Shown: positions 1-9,491, numbered from the stretch's first letter. The stretch: DNA of 15,318 nt from Promethearchaeota archaeon (GCA_016840165.1 JAEOSU010000069.1:1-15318); one strand, 5' to 3'. The notes: generated by a model not told the origin, from the sequence alone. Numbers and translations are program-made.

Positions 1-30
1 GATTACATAGTTATAAAATTCATTCTAAGT

Positions 31-261
31 ATGATCATCGATTTGGAACTCAAAAATTTTCTTGAATATAGCCTTGAGACATTTAAACGATTAGAAGATG
101 AAAAATTGAAAAAAATAGCTATATTTCCAATACTAAAATTTGGAGAACAAAGTTTGCTTCTTGATTTAAAGAATTATATGAAAGAAAACCAAGAAGTAGG
201 AAAATTTGTCATGCAATTTCTCAATATTTTAGAAAGGAATGAGTGGAGATTTTATTATTAA
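31..261 (+). CDS. Hypothetical protein (possibly the 3' end of a gene starting before the window)
   Basis: 76-aa ORF. The frame is open back to position 1, so it may be 5'-truncated. It converges on the next gene with a 19-bp gap. No motif recognised. Confidence 0.5.
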   Translation: MIIDLELKNFLEYSLETFKRLEDEKLKKIAIFPILKFGEQSLLLDLKNYMKENQEVGKFVMQFLNILERNEWRFYY

Positions 262-280
262 ATTACCTTGAAATAAATTT

Positions 281-934
281 TTATGGTTTTTCATGAAGAA
301 TTACTATTTTGGGCAAAACAGAAGGATATTCTATACCCAAGTGTTGCCAAAAATCAACAAAAATCCACTCATCTCCGAGTGAATAGGTATCACTCTCAAA
401 CGCTTTTTTAAATAAAAGATTGGATCTGTTTTCTGAAGTAATAGAAATCAAATAAGGGGCAATTATTTGTTCATCTACCTCAAAATAGAATGCTAATTTT
501 TTTAGGTTTCCTTGAAATGCTTGGAAATTTTCTTTTTGTTCGTATTCTTCAGGATAGGAACAAAATTGATCCAGCACTTTTCCATTATAAAACAAAAAAT
601 GATACCATAGTTCCGAATCTATAACTTTGATTAAGGAAATAAGTGTGTGCAATTCGAATGATAAATATGTACAGATTTCTTTTTCTTCAAATTGACAGTT
701 ATTATATATAACTACTGACCATCTATTTTGCGGTTGATAAATAGTGGTCATTGAAATCGGTTGGCTGATGATATTATGAATATCTATATCTAATTCATTA
801 CGCGATGAAACCCATTCTGCATATAATGCCACATGTGCAACAATATCTTTTCTTTTGGCATATTTGGTTATTGCACTAGCAATTTCTTCCGGAGATGTAT
901 TTTTTATGGCTGAAGTGAACAGAAATAATCCCAT
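281..934 (-). CDS. Hypothetical protein
   Basis: 217-aa ORF with ATG preceded by TAGTGAAAAA (GTGA RBS-like) and an upstream TATA-like box. No family recognised with confidence. Confidence 0.75.
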   Translation of the reverse strand: MGLFLFTSAIKNTSPEEIASAITKYAKRKDIVAHVALYAEWVSSRNELDIDIHNIISQPISMTTIYQPQNRWSVVIYNNCQFEEKEICTYLSFELHTLISLIKVIDSELWYHFLFYNGKVLDQFCSYPEEYEQKENFQAFQGNLKKLAFYFEVDEQIIAPYLISITSENRSNLLFKKAFESDTYSLGDEWIFVDFWQHLGIEYPSVLPKIVILHEKP

Positions 935-964
935 TTTTTCACTATTTATATACTAATATTCACT

Positions 965-977
965 TTAATAAATTTCC
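965..977 (-). promoter_or_regulatory. Putative archaeal BRE/TATA box (GGAAA-TTTATTAA) for the 934..281 gene
   Basis: Purine-rich element directly followed by TTTATTAA, about 30 nt upstream of the ATG. The AT-rich background limits specificity. Confidence 0.35.
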
Positions 978-1120
978 TATTAAGCTTCTATCTATTAAAA
1001 TTGAGAAGATTAGATTGAATAAATCGAATTTTGTAGATCCACAAAATTGTCTATAACAATAAAAAGTATTGATGCCTATCACATATAATAGCGAAATTTA
1101 CCAATTTTTAAGATTTAAAA

Positions 1121-2488
1121 ATGAATTTTAAAGAAATTTTAGGTAACATTCCAGACTATAAGGAGTTCATGACGATAAGTGAACTAGATAATTCGAGTAG
1201 AATATTAGCTAAAAAATATAGCCATGTTGAGCTGAAAGGGATTGGAAAGTCCAGTGAGGGAAGAGATATTCAATGCTTAAAAATTGGAACAGGTGACAAG
1301 AATGCACTACTTATTGGATTTCCCCATCCGAATGAACCAATAGGAAGCATGAGCGTAGAATTTTTATCTTGGTTTTTAGCAGAAAATCCAGATTTTACTG
1401 ATAAAACTGGTTATACATGGTATTTAATCAAAGCTGTCGACATTGATGGAGCCATTTTGAATGAGGGGTGGTTTAAGGGAGATTTTGATCCTATAAAATA
1501 TGCCAAACATTATTACAGACCTGCTACTTATGAACAAGTCGAGTGGAGCTTTCCGATAAAATATAAAAAACTAGAATTCAGCACTCCCCCATCAGAAACC
1601 CAAGCTCTTATTTCATTGATAGATGATATTAGGCCTTCTTTTATTTATAGTCTTCATAATTCTGGTTTTGGCGGAGTTTATTATTATATTACTCGTGAAA
1701 TTGGTTCAATATTTGATGATTTAAACAATTTTGTAAAACAAGAGCGTTTACCAATGCATTTGGGAGAAGCAGAGGTCCCATGGCTGGAAAAATTACATGA
1801 CGGAATATTCAAAGAAGCTGGGGTCCGAGATTTATATGATTCAATGATTATTCAAGGGATAGAAAATCCTCAGGATGTTATCAAAATGGGAGGTTCTTCG
1901 ATGGATTATCTTAAAAATAACCTTGGTGAGCCTTTTTTCAGTTTAGTTTGTGAAATTCCCTATTTCTATAATGAAAGTATTGAAGATACGTCTTTAAGTG
2001 ACTACAAAAGAAGAGAACTTCGTTTAAACTCATTGAACTATTCAGAAAGTATTTATCTTCATTCAAAAAGAGTTTTTAGAAAGATTAAGAAATATTGTAA
2101 AAAGACTTCACGCTTCTACAAAGCATTAGAAAACTGGATGTGGAGAAGAGGGGCAGAGATTAAAATGGATATTCATGAAACAAAAACCTCATTTCGATAT
2201 GATGGTCAAGCTACAATTGCTCAAGCATTCGATTTGAATATCGCAAAAAAATATTATGATCTGTTATATATTTCAATGGTTCCAAGATTATGTCACGAAG
2301 CTATTTTGAATAGCCCGGAAAATGAAGCAGAAATTAAGGAAATTAAGATTGATTTCGAAAGATGGGTAGAAAATGAAATTAAGGACTTACTTGAAGATGT
2401 TAAATTTCAGATTATTCCTATCCAAAAATTAGTCCGAATCCAAGTCGGGAGTGTGTTTATTGTTCTAAAAAATCTTACAATCGAATAA
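1121..2488 (+). CDS. M14 family zinc carboxypeptidase
   Basis: IGKSSEGRDI N-terminal motif, HPNE (HxxE Zn ligands) and SLHN third His ligand. Confidence 0.85.
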   Translation: MNFKEILGNIPDYKEFMTISELDNSSRILAKKYSHVELKGIGKSSEGRDIQCLKIGTGDKNALLIGFPHPNEPIGSMSVEFLSWFLAENPDFTDKTGYTWYLIKAVDIDGAILNEGWFKGDFDPIKYAKHYYRPATYEQVEWSFPIKYKKLEFSTPPSETQALISLIDDIRPSFIYSLHNSGFGGVYYYITREIGSIFDDLNNFVKQERLPMHLGEAEVPWLEKLHDGIFKEAGVRDLYDSMIIQGIENPQDVIKMGGSSMDYLKNNLGEPFFSLVCEIPYFYNESIEDTSLSDYKRRELRLNSLNYSESIYLHSKRVFRKIKKYCKKTSRFYKALENWMWRRGAEIKMDIHETKTSFRYDGQATIAQAFDLNIAKKYYDLLYISMVPRLCHEAILNSPENEAEIKEIKIDFERWVENEIKDLLEDVKFQIIPIQKLVRIQVGSVFIVLKNLTIE

Positions 2489-2547
2489 GATTTTAAAAAA
2501 TAATTAATTTAACTTTTATTAAAATTAAACAGTTGAAATTTGATACT

Positions 2548-2725
2548 ATGAAGTACTATAACTCCATTATAATTCTTATTTTATCCATTCTCGTAATATT
2601 TTTCCTACCTTTTCGCATTCATTTTAATAGATTACTTATTTCACTTTTAATTAATTACTTCGGTTGGTACGAATTATAACCTTTCAAGTCATTATCTTTT
2701 TTTTTTCCTTCATATTATTATTAAT
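2548..2725 (+). pseudogene. Decayed partial duplicate of the 4508..4948 membrane-protein gene
   Basis: ORF 2548..2679 reads MKYYNSIIILILSILVIFFLPFRIH..., 18/25 identical to MKRYTSILILVISILVIFFLPFGVH. Similarity continues (LIS, WY), and after the stop resumes in another frame (FQVIIFF vs FQFYIFF). Confidence 0.7.
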
Positions 2726-2726
2726 A

Positions 2727-4400
2727 ATGTCACTTCAATTTATAGAAACTGAACAATTTTGGTATGTCAGTGCTTTCTTAAATAGCTCGAAATTAGTTGG
2801 TCGAAAAATAAGCGCTGAAATTGAAAGCCTCATTAAAGCAAAATTAGACAGTTTAACAGACGATGATATTTACCGCAAGGAATTAAAGGAAGACTTATTT
2901 GAGATGGTAAAAAATGTCTCAATTGTCTGTAAATGGGTTCCTTACCTTGAGAGCTTTCCATATCGTGATGAAAACTCCGATTATCTTTATAATACGCTAG
3001 GATACTTTGAATTTGAGGTTAATTATTATCAAAATGATCCCGCTAAGAAGGAATTATTAAGTCCTATGCTAATCCAGCAAATTCCCTATATTGTTTTGAC
3101 TAGCTTGAAAACGTATGATGAGAGACCAGAAAATAAAGCGTTTCTTTTAGATACAGAGAGCCCAATTTATGTTTTTGCCACTTCGTATAAAACTATACCC
3201 CAAGAAGTCCAATGGACGCAAGAGAATATTGAAAAATATAAAAAAATTATTGGTGATTGGACAGAAATTTACTCAGGACAATGGGAAGATTATTCCGAAA
3301 AACTTTATGATCGACGTATTCAAAATAACTTATCAAATCGTTTATCGGAACTCCATTTTATACATCGGAATTCAGGTTTTATCTATATGGCAGAATACAA
3401 TTATAAAAAATTCTTTGAGTCATATATGAAGCCTTTTGTGTTAGATCCTACTCCTAGGATGCGTGCTGTTTTATTTGCATTGCGTTCAATAAATGAATCG
3501 TTAGATTTACTATTTTTAAAAACTCAATTAGAAGCGTTCCAAGATTTAGAAGCAATTGAGCGAAAAATCACGAATCTACGATTACTCCGAGGCTTGATTC
3601 AAACTAATTTAAGTATAATTTATAATGAATTGGATTATAACCGACGACAACATTATACCACTATTCTGAAGCATCTTTTAAATGAATTTGAAATCCAAGA
3701 TATTGTATCTCGATTAAATGAGAAATTCACTCTGATATATGATGCAATTCAAGTGTTATACCAGAAGAAAAATGAAGAGAATCAACGGAGAACGGAACGT
3801 GGATTGAGTTTATTAAACTTATTGTTTGGAGCAGGTGTTCTAGCTGATTTAGCGGGTTTGATTATGATTACTTTTGCCATGCAAGAGGGTTTTTTTGGTA
3901 CAACGCTACTAAATGGATTAATCGCAACAATAATCATATCTATTTTAGTCATTACCATTGGATATTATCTTTATGCTAAGCAAAAAATCAATAAAGCAGA
4001 AGTAAAGTATACTATTGATGCGGTTATCACCACGGAGGATTTTGGTGTGGTATTAATAAAAAGAAAGTATCCACCATTTCGAGATTATTATGCTCTCCCC
4101 GGGGGTTTCATCAAAAAAGGGGAAACTGAGAAACAGGCACTTTTTCGGGAAGTAAAAGAAGAGACAAATTTGGATGTAAGAATTATTGGAAAAGTTGGAT
4201 ATTATGACGAAGAGGGAAGAGATCCTCGAGGAAGAGTAGAAAGTACGGCATTTAAGTGTATTATTATTGGTGATCCTTCAGAGATGAGAAGCGGTGATGA
4301 TTCAAAACACGTAGAAATCATATCCAAAGACCGATTAGATACAATAGAACTTGCTTTTGATCACGAGAAAATTTTACGAGATGCTGGTGTTCTAAAATAA
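2727..4400 (+). CDS. Membrane protein: large soluble/helical N-terminal region, 2 TM helices and C-terminal NUDIX hydrolase (ADP-ribose pyrophosphatase-like)
   Basis: Nudix box GGFIKKGETEKQALFREVKEETNL with RDPRG and LAFDH motifs. Two hydrophobic segments precede it. Start moved from TTG 2664 to ATG 2727 (MSLQF...) because 2664-2726 lies within the pseudogene remnant. Confidence 0.8.
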   Translation: MSLQFIETEQFWYVSAFLNSSKLVGRKISAEIESLIKAKLDSLTDDDIYRKELKEDLFEMVKNVSIVCKWVPYLESFPYRDENSDYLYNTLGYFEFEVNYYQNDPAKKELLSPMLIQQIPYIVLTSLKTYDERPENKAFLLDTESPIYVFATSYKTIPQEVQWTQENIEKYKKIIGDWTEIYSGQWEDYSEKLYDRRIQNNLSNRLSELHFIHRNSGFIYMAEYNYKKFFESYMKPFVLDPTPRMRAVLFALRSINESLDLLFLKTQLEAFQDLEAIERKITNLRLLRGLIQTNLSIIYNELDYNRRQHYTTILKHLLNEFEIQDIVSRLNEKFTLIYDAIQVLYQKKNEENQRRTERGLSLLNLLFGAGVLADLAGLIMITFAMQEGFFGTTLLNGLIATIIISILVITIGYYLYAKQKINKAEVKYTIDAVITTEDFGVVLIKRKYPPFRDYYALPGGFIKKGETEKQALFREVKEETNLDVRIIGKVGYYDEEGRDPRGRVESTAFKCIIIGDPSEMRSGDDSKHVEIISKDRLDTIELAFDHEKILRDAGVLK

Positions 4401-4404
4401 AAAA

Positions 4405-4428
4405 TTTTCTTATTTCTTTTTTTCTTTT
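4405..4428 (+). terminator. Putative archaeal-type oligo-T terminator
   Basis: TTTTCTTATTTCTTTTTTTCTTTT begins 4 nt after the NUDIX gene stop codon. Confidence 0.4.
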
Positions 4429-4507
4429 CAAGATGTTATTTATCGAATAAAATTATAAATTATGGCGAAATTAAATACTTATTATTGAATGTTGTTAATT
4501 TAAGAAT

Positions 4508-4948
4508 ATGAAGCGCTATACTTCCATTTTAATTCTTGTTATTTCTATTCTAGTGATATTTTTTCTACCTTTTGGAGTTCATATTGATTTAGGACCCGGT
4601 CCAAACGCTCTTATTTCCATGATTTGGGAAATTCCATTTGAACCCGCTTGGTATTCGATAAGATTTTTCAGCGCATTTCAGTTTTATATTTTCTTTTGTT
4701 TTTTTCGATTATTCTTTTTACTTGAACTGATATTACTCTTGACCAATAAATATAATAGAACTCGCTTTATTTTGATGGGAGTTATAAGTGAGTTGATTCC
4801 GTTAATATTGTCTATACCTGCGATGTTTATTCTTAATTCACAAGGAGATAATCTCCTTCCAATTATATTCCCCATCCCATTCTTATTAGTTTTTGATATA
4901 TTATTAGTTATTTTTAAATCAATTAATATCAAGAATTTAAAAACTTAA
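4508..4948 (+). CDS. Hypothetical integral membrane protein (about 4 TM)
   Basis: 146-aa hydrophobic ORF with a decayed paralogous copy at 2548. Confidence 0.75.
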   Translation: MKRYTSILILVISILVIFFLPFGVHIDLGPGPNALISMIWEIPFEPAWYSIRFFSAFQFYIFFCFFRLFFLLELILLLTNKYNRTRFILMGVISELIPLILSIPAMFILNSQGDNLLPIIFPIPFLLVFDILLVIFKSINIKNLKT

Positions 4949-4961
4949 CGAGAGTAATCTT

Positions 4962-5609
4962 ATGAGTATCATCATAACTATTTGCCTTGAACTAGCTTTT
5001 ATCGTTAACCTAATGTTTTTTTGGTTTTGCTATTTGAATAAAGAAAATAGATCAAAATTTCATCAGCTTTACAAGAACATCTTTCCTTATATTTGGACTA
5101 TTTGCCTGGTGGGGGCTTTAATAGTTAACTCGAATTTCTTACAAATTATCTTTCCTACTAATTTCAGTTATTTCCAAGACTTATGGATTTGGTTTTTGAT
5201 GCTAGGGATAGTATTTATCTTAATTGGTGTAAAAATTATTTCTATGGTTAAGAAATTATTTAAAGTGAAGGTAGTAAATTCAGATAATCCTAAATTAGTA
5301 TCTTCAGGACCATATTCATTAGTGAGACATCCAATATACTTAGCTTGGATATTAATTTTTACAGGTTGGAGCTTTATTTTAGATTCACCACTGGCAATAC
5401 TATTCATTCCTTTTCTCATCATTTCTTTATACGTTCACATTGTTTATGAAGAAAAACACATGCTTATCCCAAAATATGAGGAAAGTTATCTTAGATATGC
5501 TGAAAAGATTCCATATCGCATGTTCTCTCCTCCTTATAATTATTTAACAATTATAATTGCCATTATTGTGCTATATATAGGTTTTGTAAATTTTCTCCTT
5601 CCAAATTAA
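4962..5609 (+). CDS. Isoprenylcysteine carboxyl methyltransferase / PEMT family membrane methyltransferase
   Basis: LVSSGPYSLVRHPIY motif, EE...L...Y..Y C-terminal motif and multiple TM helices. Confidence 0.85.
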   Translation: MSIIITICLELAFIVNLMFFWFCYLNKENRSKFHQLYKNIFPYIWTICLVGALIVNSNFLQIIFPTNFSYFQDLWIWFLMLGIVFILIGVKIISMVKKLFKVKVVNSDNPKLVSSGPYSLVRHPIYLAWILIFTGWSFILDSPLAILFIPFLIISLYVHIVYEEKHMLIPKYEESYLRYAEKIPYRMFSPPYNYLTIIIAIIVLYIGFVNFLLPN

Positions 5610-5627
5610 AAGTAAACCGACTAAATA

Positions 5628-7130
5628 TTATATTCTTACTTGTATACCTTTTTTTAAAAGATATCTTTTTAGGTCTCGAATTAACATTAATCTTTTATGG
5701 AATAATGATGCTGCTAATACAGCTTCAGCTCCCATATTCAAGGCGTTATAAAAATGATCATAGGTCCCAGCTCCTCCAGATGCAATGACTGGGACCGAGA
5801 CTGCTTTACAAAGTTCTCGAATTAAGCACAGATCATATCCAGATTGTGTACCATCTCTGTCCATGCTGGTAACTAATAGTTCTCCCGCTCCATAATCTAC
5901 AATTTTTTTTGCCCAAGTTATTCCATCCAAACCTGTGGGCTCAGTACCAGATTTAATATAAACTTCCCATCCAGAACCTTTTTGTTTGACATCTATTGCC
6001 ACCACAATCGATTGACTCCCGAATTTTTTAGCACTTTCTCTTATTAACTTAGGGTTTTTTACTGCTGCAGTATTAATACTTACCTTTTCAGCTCCTGCTT
6101 TAATGATACGACGGACATCAGTTAGATTCCTAATACCTCCTCCAACAGTGAAAGGTATATATACTTCCTCCGCTACTTTCTTTATGATTGGTATCATACT
6201 ATCTCGATCCTCAAGAGTAGCGGATATATCCAAAAAAACTAACTCATCTGCTCCTTCTTTATTATAAAATTGCGCTAGTGCAACCGGATCTCCGCTGTCT
6301 TTTAAATTGTTAAACTGAACTCCCTTCACTACTCTCCCATCTTTTACGTCGAGACAAGGGATTACTCTTCTGGTAAGATTAGTTGGATTATACTCAAGTT
6401 TTAGTTTAAATAAGTCATTGATATTTATTTTGTTGTCATATAACGCTTTTCCAATCACTACTCCATCAGTATATTTTAGGCATTTTTTTACATCTCTTAA
6501 ATTACCGATTCCACCTGCTGCAATTAGCATAGTATCAATATTTTTAATTTTGCTAAGAGCTTTATACATTTTTAAATTAGGTCCGGATAATGTTCCATCT
6601 CGTGAGATATCGGTGACAAGAAATTCTACAGCACCTTGGGACTCAAATTGAGTGAATAGAGTTGTTAATCCAATATAAGAGTCCTTTAACCACCCATGTG
6701 TACTTATAGCATTATTCTGAAAATCTAAAGCTACGATAATATCGTTCTTATAGTTATCCAATAATCTTTGGAAGAGTAATTGATCTTGAATAGCAAGAGT
6801 CCCGATTATAGCTTTAAAAAGTCCAAGATCTAATAATTTCTTAATAATTTTTTCAGTTCGGAGCCCTCCTCCTAATTGAATTTTAACTCTCCATTTGTTA
6901 CTTTCCTCGATGAGAGATCGAATGAGTTTATAGTTTGGACCTTGTTCAAATTCACCTGAACGAGCACCATTTAAGTTTATAACATGTATTAGATCAAATC
7001 CTTTTTTTGTAAAATAACGTAAAAGAGAAGATGGATCTTCAGAATAAGTAGAAAGCTTATTAAAATCTCCTTGATATAACCTGACCACCTTTCCATCATA
7101 GAGATCGATTGCTGGGATTGGTTTTTTCAG
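5628..7130 (-). CDS. hisA-hisF: Fused HisA (ProFAR isomerase) and HisF (imidazole glycerol phosphate synthase cyclase subunit)
   Basis: N half has IPAIDLYDGKVVRLYQGD, QLGGGLR, TDISRDGTLSGPN and IAAGGI (HisA). C half from about 6377 has RRVIPCLDVKDGRVVKG, GADELVFLDISAT, TSMDRDGT and PVIASGGAG (HisF). Single frame with no stop at the junction. Start placed at CTG 7130 to include the PAID motif. Confidence 0.93.
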   Translation of the reverse strand: MKKPIPAIDLYDGKVVRLYQGDFNKLSTYSEDPSSLLRYFTKKGFDLIHVINLNGARSGEFEQGPNYKLIRSLIEESNKWRVKIQLGGGLRTEKIIKKLLDLGLFKAIIGTLAIQDQLLFQRLLDNYKNDIIVALDFQNNAISTHGWLKDSYIGLTTLFTQFESQGAVEFLVTDISRDGTLSGPNLKMYKALSKIKNIDTMLIAAGGIGNLRDVKKCLKYTDGVVIGKALYDNKININDLFKLKLEYNPTNLTRRVIPCLDVKDGRVVKGVQFNNLKDSGDPVALAQFYNKEGADELVFLDISATLEDRDSMIPIIKKVAEEVYIPFTVGGGIRNLTDVRRIIKAGAEKVSINTAAVKNPKLIRESAKKFGSQSIVVAIDVKQKGSGWEVYIKSGTEPTGLDGITWAKKIVDYGAGELLVTSMDRDGTQSGYDLCLIRELCKAVSVPVIASGGAGTYDHFYNALNMGAEAVLAASLFHKRLMLIRDLKRYLLKKGIQVRI

Positions 7131-7137
7131 AATTTAA

Positions 7138-7737
7138 TCACCTTCCCATTAATGAGATGAAAAATTGAATTACATTATCTCCCGTCTGCTTACTTTTCTC
7201 GGGATGGAATTGCACTCCAAGAATGTGCTCTTTTAAAATGATAACCGGTATAAAACTTCCATGATTAATGTAAGAGATGACAAGAGTTTCATCACTTGGG
7301 CTACAATAATAGGAGTGATTGAAATAGGCATACCCATAAAAGTAGGGGGCTGATATTGGAATAAGCCGATTCCAGCCAGTATGAGGTAGTTTAATTGCAT
7401 TTAATCTCATCGTTTCAATATGAAGAACATTCCCAGGGATGATATTTAAACCATGAATTCCTCGCGACTCTTGAGATTGGGAGAATAATAGTTGCATTCC
7501 TAAACAAATTCCCATCGTTGGGACTTGATTAATTTTCTCTATGAGTATTTCATAAAGGTTATTTTGTTGAAGTTCCCTAATCGCATCTCCAAAAGCCCCT
7601 ACTCCTGGAAGAATGATTCCTTTTGCTTGTTGTATTAAATCTAAATCTTTTGTTATAGTTACTTTAGGATAAAACCGAATAATGCTTTTTTGGATGGAAC
7701 GCAAATTCCCACTCCCATAATCAATTATAGTTATCAT
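7138..7737 (-). CDS. hisH: Imidazole glycerol phosphate synthase glutaminase subunit
   Basis: IIDYGSGNLRS, LPGVGAF, GICLGMQ (catalytic Cys) and QFHPEKS. AAGGAG RBS. Confidence 0.96.
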   Translation of the reverse strand: MITIIDYGSGNLRSIQKSIIRFYPKVTITKDLDLIQQAKGIILPGVGAFGDAIRELQQNNLYEILIEKINQVPTMGICLGMQLLFSQSQESRGIHGLNIIPGNVLHIETMRLNAIKLPHTGWNRLIPISAPYFYGYAYFNHSYYCSPSDETLVISYINHGSFIPVIILKEHILGVQFHPEKSKQTGDNVIQFFISLMGR

Positions 7738-7750
7738 TTTAATAAACTCC

Positions 7751-8356
7751 TTAAAGCAACCCTTTACTCGATGGTATTGTACTTTTACGTTTTGGATCTA
7801 TGCGGGAAGCAGAATCTAATGCTTTACCTAAAGCTTTAAATATTGCTTCTGCGATATGATGATTATTTTGTCCATATAATACTCTAATATGAAGAGTCAA
7901 TTCAGCTTGCACTGCAAAACTATATAAAAAGTGCTCAAGTAAATCAACAGGAATTAAATTTTCTTCCTTGGATCCCAAAAACGGATTTACCCATTCAATC
8001 TCTTTGCTGAAGTATGGCCTTGAGGAGAGATCAACAGCAACAAACGCAAGGCTTTCATCCATTGGAAAGAAGCAATGCCCAACTCGGTTAATCCCTTGTT
8101 TATCTCCCAAAACTTTTTTGAACGCTTTTCCCAATACAATGGCAGTGTCTTCTATTAAATGGTGATTATCAATTTCAAGATCACCATCTGCACGAAGGTT
8201 GACATCAAAAGAGCCATGAATTGCAATTTGTGTGAGCAAATGATCAAAAAATGCAATAGAGGTTTTTATCTCATGGATCCCGGATCCATCGATATTAAGC
8301 TCTATTTTAATATCAGTTTCTTCGGTCTTTCTTGCTATTTGCGTCTTTCTTTCCAT
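7751..8356 (-). CDS. hisB: Imidazoleglycerol-phosphate dehydratase (monofunctional)
   Basis: RKTEETDI, FFDHLL, DNHHLIED, PMDESL, NNHHIAEAIFKA and PSSKG motifs. No N-terminal phosphatase domain. Confidence 0.96.
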   Translation of the reverse strand: MERKTQIARKTEETDIKIELNIDGSGIHEIKTSIAFFDHLLTQIAIHGSFDVNLRADGDLEIDNHHLIEDTAIVLGKAFKKVLGDKQGINRVGHCFFPMDESLAFVAVDLSSRPYFSKEIEWVNPFLGSKEENLIPVDLLEHFLYSFAVQAELTLHIRVLYGQNNHHIAEAIFKALGKALDSASRIDPKRKSTIPSSKGLL

Positions 8357-8357
8357 T

Positions 8358-9491
8358 CTATCTCCCTCCTAAAAATGATTTAATTATTTCTATTACTTTC
8401 TTCATTTGGTTTTTCGTACCTATTGAAATACGAAGGCAATCTGCCAGCTGTCCCTCAAATTTACGAAGTTTAATATTATGAGTGAGAAAATATTCATAAA
8501 GTGATCGTGCTATTTCTAATGATTGGAACCGTAATAACACAAAATTTGCTTCACTTGGGTGTAAATAGAATACCGTATATTCTTTTTGTAGGTTTAATAA
8601 ATCGTGGTAAAATTCATCTCGAAGTGATCTGATTTCTGCGATATTCTTCATAATTATAGCCTTTTCCTGCAAGAGGATTGAGCCAAAAGTGAGCGCAACA
8701 CTATTAACATTATAGGGGCCTTTTACTTGAGTTAGAACGTTAATTATACGAGGGTGAGCTACAGCATATCCCAGTCGTAAACCAGCGAGAGAATATGATT
8801 TGCTAAAGGATCGCAATATGATTAGATTTTCGTATCCTTTTATTAAGTCAATCAGACTTGATTCATCACTAAAATCAATATAAGCTTCATCAACGATGAC
8901 CAATTTACCAAGTTTTAATAATTTAATTATGAAGTTCCGAGAAATTGCCATGCCATCGGGATTGTTTGGTCGAGCTAAGATAATAATTTTCGAATCTTTC
9001 GCCTTTTTAATAAAATTCGATTGATCTAATTCATACAATGCAATTCCAGTCTCTTGGTTTATTCTCAAAATTAAGGGTATGGTTACGTATCGAGCCCCGT
9101 TCAGGTTCACATAGAACTCATACATTGAGAATGAGGGAAATATTCCTAAAACTATGGAATTTCGCATGGTATAAGTCCTAATAATAAGATCTAGCAGAGC
9201 ATCAGAGCCCGATCCCGCAAGCAAGTAAGATGTTGGAATATGTAATTTGAGGGATAAATTATTTAGGAAATTAGCAGCGTTTGGATCGGGATATTGTTTT
9301 ACCATATTTATGAATTCAAAGGAATCAGGCATTTGTATAGGAGGGGCAAATGGATTTTCGTTCTTATCAAGAAATTCTAATTGATTATTGTTCTGCTGTT
9401 TCTCGAAATATGATTCTATGACTAAATTTTGCGATTTCAGAAGTTTCTGAATGTTCGGAACTGGTTTGATAAGGTTGCTGTTCTTAGTCAT
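8358..9491 (-). CDS. hisC: Histidinol-phosphate aminotransferase
   Basis: LDKNENP, YPDP, PNNPDG, VDEAYIDF and RSFSKSYSLAGLRLGY (PLP Lys). Confidence 0.95.
   Translation of the reverse strand: MTKNSNLIKPVPNIQKLLKSQNLVIESYFEKQQNNNQLEFLDKNENPFAPPIQMPDSFEFINMVKQYPDPNAANFLNNLSLKLHIPTSYLLAGSGSDALLDLIIRTYTMRNSIVLGIFPSFSMYEFYVNLNGARYVTIPLILRINQETGIALYELDQSNFIKKAKDSKIIILARPNNPDGMAISRNFIIKLLKLGKLVIVDEAYIDFSDESSLIDLIKGYENLIILRSFSKSYSLAGLRLGYAVAHPRIINVLTQVKGPYNVNSVALTFGSILLQEKAIIMKNIAEIRSLRDEFYHDLLNLQKEYTVFYLHPSEANFVLLRFQSLEIARSLYEYFLTHNIKLRKFEGQLADCLRISIGTKNQMKKVIEIIKSFLGGR

Noticed and set aside
2664-2726. Hydrophobic N-terminal signal/TM on the NUDIX protein
   Set aside because: It matches the decayed duplicate of the 4508 gene. 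ATG 2727 is more plausible.
7086-7088. GTG 7088 as the hisA-F start
   Set aside because: It would delete the conserved IPAID strand with the catalytic Asp.
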